A stretch of 57,052 nt of DNA, the filler included, from Bipalium vagum (Eukaryota), in assembly GCA_037834085.1 (NCBI GenBank). It is 3 parts of 3 records of this genome, joined end to end, with 100 filler letters (N's around TTAATTAATTAA, not from the genome) between each part and the next. Parts side by side here need not be neighbours in the genome. Positions count along the whole stretch, not along the records: positions 36,967 to 57,052 come from JBBMKC010260901.1; 2 more parts are not named here. One strand, given 5' to 3'. The notes under the pieces are model-generated. The model had not been told where the DNA came from and did no database searches. It saw only the letters and a program-made list of their open reading frames with translations. Both the position numbers and the translations under genes were made by a program. Within the stretch, counting starts at the first letter, position 1. Each line of letters opens with the position of its first letter. Positions 49,401-57,052 of the stretch are shown here, one piece after another.

Positions 49401-52400
49401 TAAATGTAAATATTTCATATATTCCTCAATTGTTTCAGAATGTTTGCATAAATCATCCAATTTTATTTTGGAACTGTTCGTCTTACGAATGGAGATGTCC
49501 AACTGGGATTTCTTGGTTAGCAGTGCCTTACCAAATCTCCTGTACCATTTGATTTTCAATTCTAATTTTTGAAGCTAGAATTTAAGACAATTTGTTTAGC
49601 AAAGCTAAAATTTATATAAATTGAAAGATTAAATAAGTTTTAAAAGTGTTTCTAATCTGACGTTGAAAAACTCTGTTTTTGCGAGAGAAAATTTGGCGTC
49701 TATGATTTTCATCAAGAAATTTTTAATTTTTGCGTCAAGATTAAATTTTGTTGATTGTATGCATTTTAATTTCAGGAGAATGCTGCGTCAGGATTTTTCA
49801 ATGGGTCTCATAGAGTTAGGGAACCATAGGCGACCGAACAGGACCAAGCAGACGACTTGGGGACCCATTGACTGCTCCGGTGAAAACAATAATATATATT
49901 ATTTATTTGAGTTTTGTGTTTAGGTATTGACTAACATTATGTTTCATTAACATTATATCTTATATAACATTATATATTTTGTTGTTTCATATTGTGACTG
50001 ATTTTTCTAAATTTGAAATGAAATAAAGTTTTTTGTGATTATTTTTTATTTATTGCGAGTAATTGGAAGTAAAGTGTACTGTGAGTATTTTTGACTTATG
50101 GTGTTAAAATAAAGTTTTCTGCGTGTATTTTGATTCTTTGAAAATAATTGAGAGTAAAACTTATCACGGTTATTTTGATTCACAAACACCAGAATAACCA
50201 TATTAGCTGTCAGGGTATACAAGCACAATGTTAATTTCGAGTATAATAGTAACAATGGTAATGATTTTTATTTCAAGACATCAATATTTTGTCATTGTAA
50301 TCCGCTATATAGTATAGTGAATGTAAATAAGATAAATATAATTTATTTGTCATAAACAATATTATGTATATTATTTTTATCCACATCCCGGCTTTCACAA
50401 ATCACTTAAAAATGGTATATTCAAGTATGGATTTTTATTAAAATGTATTTAAATTAAAAACACTTATCTCACTTTTTTGCCAATAAATCAAAAAAGTTTT
50501 ACAGTGACGGAATTTTGGCTTTACCAAAAAAATGGCAAGACATTGTCGATCAAAATGGTAATTATTTAATTTAATAAAATTTTCAATTCGACTTGATTTT
50601 TCTAACTTTTTTTATTTTACCAAAATCGGTGGAAACTTTTTAGACTGCCCAATATAAGTTAAAAGTTCTGAAACATAAGACAAAATTTATTTTGATCTAA
50701 ATCTTTTTGTGATCATCTTTATTAATATGTAATCATAAGGAAAAAATGAATTTGCGTAAGAAATCAACCTTATAGTAAATTAAAACTGATAATAATTAAT
50801 GGTTCATTTAATAAAAAAATTAATTAAATTTATTTAAAATAAAATAATTAAAAATATTTATTTATTTATTTTGAAAATTTTACAATAAACTAATTTAGAA
50901 TTTTAAAAGACGATTAATAATTAAAATTTTAAAAATTAAATATAGATTTTGTGCACATTCATGTATCCTCGTATTCTGAAATCAAATTTTGGTATGAATG
51001 AACTTCAAATCACATGAAATATAAGAACATGGTTTACGCAAAAGTTATAATAATGAATCTTTCTGTTTAACAATTAGCTTTTTTTATTAGATATTAAACT
51101 GATTTTTTAAAATAATAAAGAGCTTCTTTTAATTATCAATTTAATAGAATCATTGGGTGCTAGAACTTTTCTTTTAGAAAGGGTTTTTTCCTTTATTCTC
51201 TTTATCATGATATCTTAACTTTAAAAGCTCATTATACAGTGATGACAGTTTTAAATTCGAAATTATTAATATTACTTTTATATTATTAATTCCCATTTTG
51301 ACAAGAATTCCAATAGGCTTAACTTTCTTAATCTTTTAGAAATTGTATTATAAAATTATAAAAAAATACGTAATACTTTTGATATTTCGAAAATATTAAA
51401 TAATTATTTTAAATTTAACAAGTAATCCTAAAATTTCATCTCATTATTTAAATTAATAATTAAAAATATTTTAAAAATTTTGAACTTGTTGGGATGGCCA
51501 AAGTTATTGTCCTTTTCATTTGTTAGGATTGAGACCGTAATAGGGTCAAAAAAACAACAATTACAATAATAATAATAAAATTCTTATAATTATAATGAAG
51601 TTCTTTTTAACTAAAAATAATTCTAAAAAATAATAAATTTTATGGTTATTTTAATGTAGACAAGTCGAGATTGTGTAAGACAACAGATAAAATGGCATTT
51701 TAAAAAACTTAAGGCTAATAAATTTCCTGCAATTAGTAATTGGCTGACTACTGAGCCAAGAATGAAGTCCTCTAAGGACTTTCGAGGAATTTTTTTTTGG
51801 AAGAAAAGAATTTATTTATTGGTTATTGCAAGATTTATTATTCAATATCCGAAGATTTAAGAAACCTTTTTTTGTTCAAGATTCAATTTTTTATATGCTT
51901 TTTATTATGCGACAGAAAATAATCACTGTTTTTGTAGTATATTGAAAAAAATATTTATATTCATAATCATTACACCTGTTATCATCAATTCTTTGTTAAA
52001 CGAAGGATAATTTTTAGTTTACATTTCGAAACAAGTTAACTGAAGTCTTTAAGGCCTGCATAAAGATATTGATTCTTAATTGATCGTCGGACCAGGATGC
52101 GTTTTTTGATATCTTATTAATAATACATTTGACCTATAACTCCGTTTCATAATCTACTTGAAATAAAAATAAAATATCATTAAGTTTTTCAAAATGAACT
52201 TAAAGTATCACTTGGACATTTTCAGTCGTCAGTTGTATAAAAATGAATATGAATTTATTTTAGAATTTTCTAAATTTCAAACAAGGGTTAAAATTGATTA
52301 ATAAAACAAAATTATCTGTTTTTATTGTCACTAAATAATATGTTGATAAGTTATTGATATTCTATATATACAAAACATCAATAAACAAAATATATTGTGC

Positions 52401-54663
52401 AACTAATAACTCTAAATTCACTTTTATATCAACTTCATTTTAGTTTTATACTCTTTCTTGAAATTCGTGTGTTATGAATAGTTCAAAATGATACGCTTAA
52501 TAACTAATTAATATTTTGTTTTCCTAAAGAATTCTCTTATGAATACAAATTAATAGAATGATTGATTTTAATAACAAATTGTCTAACATTAGAAAAATGT
52601 TACTATTTATATATAATATAAATTGTTGAGTTTTTTTCTAAAATAAAAAGCTAAAGTGAAAAAAGAGCTAAAATGTAAAATTCAACTCCAATAAGAAATA
52701 TGGGACAAAACAATATAGTCCAAAATTGAAGATAGTAAACGATGCAGTTTTAATGAACAAGCAAAAATTTTAAAAAACAGTGATTTATTTCAAATTAAGG
52801 ATATGGTTTCTATTGACACGGGGAAATATTTTTTTAATGTTTATCTCCGCTCTGGCTCTGAATTTTTTCCAGATATTAAAGAGTGTTAATGATCGTCCTA
52901 GCCGCAAATTTTTCCATAATTGAATTATTTTCTGCTATTTTAAATCCTAATGATCCGAGTGTTTGGTAGTTTGATGGGACCCATGAACCTTCGGCTTCGA
53001 TTATAAATGTTCTGATATTACCAAATTGAAGGAATTAGCATATTTAATTTAATTAAAACTTTTGTTTCATATTTAATTTATCTCTTTGGTTAGATGACTG
53101 GAGTTCTTAGTGAAAGATTTTGTTTGGACAATCCAAAAAGTTATTTTATTCCAAAATATAAATAATGTTTACAAACTGTAGTAATTGTGTAAGTAAATTC
53201 AAAATATGATTTCTTATGAAAGTCTAATTTCCTTGATGAAACAATTTAATTTAAAGAAATTAAAATACTTAATATTAAATAATTAATATCCTTAGACTAA
53301 CCTGTGTTTTATTCTTATCCATTGCTTTGTTTGTTTTAACCAACGTATATTGATGTTCATTCATTTCAGATTTCTCATTATTATCCAGATAATTTTTATT
53401 TTTTAAGTTTTTAATCGCTAATTCGGTTCTGTCGATAGTTGATTCATTAAGTTTTAATAGAATTAGAACTTTATATTCTTCCTCCTCACATCTTTCTAGT
53501 TTTTTTTCCATAGCAGATTTTAATTGCTGCATTTCATTATATTCCCGTTGTAGCTGATCGGTATGATGGCGGGATTTAATAAAATCCTCGTACTCCGTTC
53601 GTTTTTCCAAATCAACTTTGACCTATTCATAAATACTTATTAAAAAAGCAAACCAATTTTAACACCTTTTCATTATTCATATTTTCAATATCCATTTTGA
53701 TTGTATTAGGGTATTCTTTATCTGTTTCGATCCAATCTGATAACAAATTTCTCGATTCCTGGATAAGATCACAACTTTCCGGAAAGAGTAAAAAACATGG
53801 CATTTCCATTGATTTAGATTTTCGAGCTATTTGATTACTATTGTCTCCCAAATCAGAAATTTTTAATCCTTGCTTATTAAACTGATTCGAGAAGATAAAG
53901 ATTTTTCGAAGCATTTGCTATAATGAAAACTTAAAAATTAATATAAAAAAAGAATTATTATTAAACATCATTTTATTTATTATCAAATTATTTTAATTTA
54001 TTTTTAAAAATGAAAGGAAATTGAAAAACTAATTCGGAAGCCGAAAATGTTTATAATTCTTTATATTTTGAAGTATTACTAAATTTATATCATAAATAAT
54101 AATAATAATATTTATTAATAATAATATTTAGCACAAACTTTTATTTCCTGTGGTATTTTGAGGCGTTTATTTTCGTAATTATAAAGGGTTTCTACATATT
54201 TGCTTGGACATAGTTGAGTGTTACCGATATAAAAACTAAGAAAATATTTTTCCATACAAGAAATAATTTTTTCAATTAACTCCACGATCGGAATGAAAGC
54301 ATTAGGATTATATTCTAATATTTGCTTACTAATTTCCTTGATGCCAGATATTTGCTCACTTGGAACATTAGCAAAGCTTGCTCTATCAATCAGAATTTCA
54401 AAATCGGAATTTTTATATATACCAGCCATGTCAGTTTCGCGGAGTAAGAGGTGCAAATTTGCCGCCTTGGATATTATAAAAGATTCATAGTTAACATGTC
54501 CTTCTAAATATTGATGCGTTAACTCTAGTAACATATTATCTATAGTTTTTAAGGAATCTAAAATAGCATCTCTTAGACCACTCATGGATTTTGGATAAAC
54601 TTTATCAAAACTGCTGATTGTTTGCTTGGATCGAAAAAATTCCAAAGTCGTAAAAACTGGCAT
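46404..54663 (-). CDS. Coiled-coil protein with C-terminal DEATH domain; exons ~54663-54139, 53917-53666, 53622-53302, 49574-49283, 47985-47846, 46673-46404
   Basis: All junctions are GT-AG and phase-compatible (0,0,0,1,0). The last two exons read IDKDWIKLYTNLPF..IEKDIE..LREQLALQSLQSWRR..ANLKSLVEALQSINRHDIIQKL (DEATH fold pattern). Start exon uncertain (possibly 54720-54795). Confidence 0.75.
47190..47429 (+). mobile_element. Possible solo LTR in intron
   Basis: GC-richer block with a TATA-like box, AATAAA, a GT-rich tract and a ...CA end. Confidence 0.3.
47515..47598. mobile_element. 84-bp pogo/Tigger-type MITE
   Basis: ta|cagtaaaacctgttaatttgggcac ... gtgccatacattgacagtttcactg|ta; imperfect 25-bp TIRs with TA flanks. 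Confidence 0.65.
50450..50655 (+). mobile_element. Mariner 3' end relic
   Basis: FFANKSKKFYSDGILALPKKWQDIVDQNGNY followed by a TIR-like end ...gactgcccaata. Confidence 0.75.
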
Positions 54664-55059
54664 CTTTCGATTAATATCGCAAAATTAATATAAGCTCAAT
54701 TAAAAAATTACTTTTACACTGATTAATTTTTAACATCTGTGGCTGCTAACGTAGTCATGGTATCTTCAATTGATGAGCACGCATTGATAGCCATGTAGTA
54801 CGTTCTATAAGTTTACAATGATTTTATCTTTTATTGAATTTTATTATATAATGTTCTGATTGGCAGATAATTAAATTAAATATAATTCTATTATAAAGAT
54901 ATAAATTCATATTTTTAAATTTCATTTTAATTTTCTGTTCCTAGCAAATTTTGTTTGGTTTCATGTCTTCCTCTGGTTTTCAGATAAATTTCAATTATAT
55001 ATAAATTAATTTTACTTCCTTTTTGTTATTCAAACTTAATGGATCATATCATTGGATTC

Positions 55060-55610
55060 AGTTGTCAATACCTTTGGTATTTGAAATGCATTACATTGCT
55101 TTACAACTTCTCTCTCATTATTTTCAAATAAAAATTTGATGTTACATTTGCTCACTTTCTCCGCTCCAGCATATAAATGGTTTTGTTTAAGAAAATCTTT
55201 AAATTTCTCTTCTTGTTTCTACAATATTCCGTTTCGCGTTATACGGCCTTCTTCATTATTACATCATATCTTTGGGCTATTATGTTACCACTGATCCATG
55301 GCATTCTGTTATTTTAATTCTAAAATCTTAAGCATATGTGTTTTCATTTTCTCTATTTTAATATATTCATATTGTAGTTAACAGTGTGATCACTGACTAC
55401 AGATCGTTCTTGAAAGCATATACAAATTTTGATGTTCACTTCCTTTCTGTAATCTATTTTAATATTCAAACTACTTAGAAAGTTAATCCACATTTGGAAC
55501 TGCGGAGTGATTGGCTCTCTTGATTTCATCAAAAAAGTAATTGGTTTATCATTGATCATTAAACTGAACTATTTTCCATATAAATAATGCTTTAAATATT
55601 TTGAGCGGAT
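55060..55610 (-). pseudogene. Gypsy RNase H / linker fragment
   Basis: KYLKHYLYGK.FSLMINDKPITFLMKSREPITPQFQMWINFLSSLNIKIDYRK. Confidence 0.75.
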
Positions 55611-56000
55611 GGGCCACGCAAAGAGCTTAGCATTGAGAGCAGTCGCAGAGTCAATTATTCAGCTCAGACGACTAAAGTCTGGTTGAGCTGGATAATTGAA
55701 AGCTCCAGGTTTCTGTGTAAGCAGAACCAGAGGAGGAAAAATATCCCTGCTATGATTAGTGATTGCCAATGGAGGAAAACTGGAGAGTATATAAGCAACT
55801 ACCAGATTTTTCAAAGCAGAAAACAAATTGAGCAGGACAAAATCCGAACAAAATTGAAGTAAGAGAACAAATTCGAACAGAAAAAAATAGAACTAAGTTG
55901 AGAACAAGGACAAAAGTGAATTGATTTTTCTTTTGTGGTGAATAAATTGATTCGAACGAATCATTATTTTGGAATTTATAGTCAGAATTAAATTCAGTTT
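55611..56000 (+). mobile_element. Probable LTR related to 9770-10095 (opposite orientation)
   Basis: Shared hairpin ttattcagctca..agctg(a/g)ataatt, TATA box GTATATAAG near 55786, AATAAA near 55941. Confidence 0.4.
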
Positions 56001-56433
56001 GGTTAATATTTATTTGAATATTAACAGATCTATAGAAAATTTTTCATCGTCATGCAATATCCTTTTTAATGAATTTTCTATTAAAACCCTTCTTGGGCAA
56101 GAAGAAATTAATTGAGAAGATAATGCTGAAAAACAATATTTTAGTTGACTTTCATTATTATGCTTAATATTGATATTATTATTATTATCATTGGTATTAT
56201 CATTATTATTTTTTTATTTATTTTAATATATCATAAATATTTCGACATAACATATTTGACATCAATCACTTTATTATTGTTGAGCTCATGATTGGATTTT
56301 ATTTTCCATTTATCATTTAAAGTATGGAAAAAATTAGGTATCGCACAATGATCATTTTTTTGTTATGGAAGAATTAACAACAGTGCACGCGTAAAAAGTC
56401 TGTTCACCCCCTATCAAAAATACTAATTTTGAT

Positions 56434-57052
56434 ATATTAGGTCAGTCCATAAGTTCATGCGTATTAATAAATATTATGTAAATATAAAAATAAAAAGCAA
56501 ATGAAATCGATATGAAACATTTATGAAAAATCTATTCATGAAAATAAATACCATCGTTTTCTACAATCTTTTTCCACCTGTCAGGAAGTTTTTTAAAACT
56601 ATCTGAATAAAATTACAAAGGTTTTGAAGCAAAAAAATCGGTCAACTTTGTTTCAACTTCGTGTTTTGTTATAAATATTTTCCCAGACAAAAAATTTTGA
56701 AATGACAAAAATAAATGAAAATCACTAGGGGGAATGTCTGGGAAATAAGGTGGATGCGGAAGAAGTTCCCAATTAAAATCTTTAATTTTCTGTACAGTTA
56801 TCTTTGCTGAATGTGGTCGAGCATTATCGTGATGAAATAAAATTGGTCGTCTAGTCACTAATTTTAAATGCTTTTCAATTAAGGCTGAATGCAAACGTGA
56901 TAGTTGTTAACAATATAATTCTGCATTGATTGTTCTATTGGGATCTAATAATTCCCAATGGATGACACCATCCTTATGTCCCACCAGAGAGACATAAGGA
57001 TCTTCTTCGGGTGCAATCCTGCTCTTGCTTTTGGTGAGGCCGGCTTATCTGC
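56434..57052 (-). mobile_element. Mariner element 3' half (runs off the window)
   Basis: LHPKKILMSLWWD..TINAELYCxQL..HHDNARPH..HPPYFPDIPPSDFHLF..LPDRWKKIVENDGIY; TIR-like tattaggtcagtccataagttc at 56434. Confidence 0.92.

Noticed and set aside
1-57052. tRNA, rRNA or hammerhead ribozyme genes
   Set aside because: No convincing cloverleaf, rRNA segment or complete CUGAUGA...GAAA core with stems was found by eye; a covariance-model scan would be needed.

Overview
Very AT-rich eukaryotic (invertebrate animal-like) genomic scaffold. It has short GT-AG introns of about 43-58 nt and two 100-nt assembly gaps carrying a TTAATTAATTAA linker. Four host genes can be reconstructed from splice sites and reading frames: (1) a gene ending in an ALK/LTK-type glycine-rich domain (2899-4413, +); (2) a spliced kringle-kringle-unknown-TCAF/M60-like gene whose zincin motif is degenerate (22282-29404, +); (3) the 3' exons of a single-pass membrane protein (-); and (4) a coiled-coil protein with a C-terminal DEATH domain (46404-54663, -). 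Much of the remainder is decayed mobile DNA: Ty3/gypsy retroelements and Tc1/mariner, pogo, hAT and Merlin relics. Most notable are at least five fragments of one Polinton/Maverick (adintovirus-like) endogenous DNA virus family. These encode a phospholipase-A2-like domain fused in frame to the rve integrase, an adenain protease, an adenovirus pX-like peptide, a major capsid protein apparently split by an inversion, a fibre-like protein, a giant-virus-type HNH endonuclease and a membrane protein with tandem PTAP/LYPxL motifs. An AGTAGT-terminated 28-bp hairpin sits at one element boundary. All family assignments come from motif recognition by eye, not from database searches.
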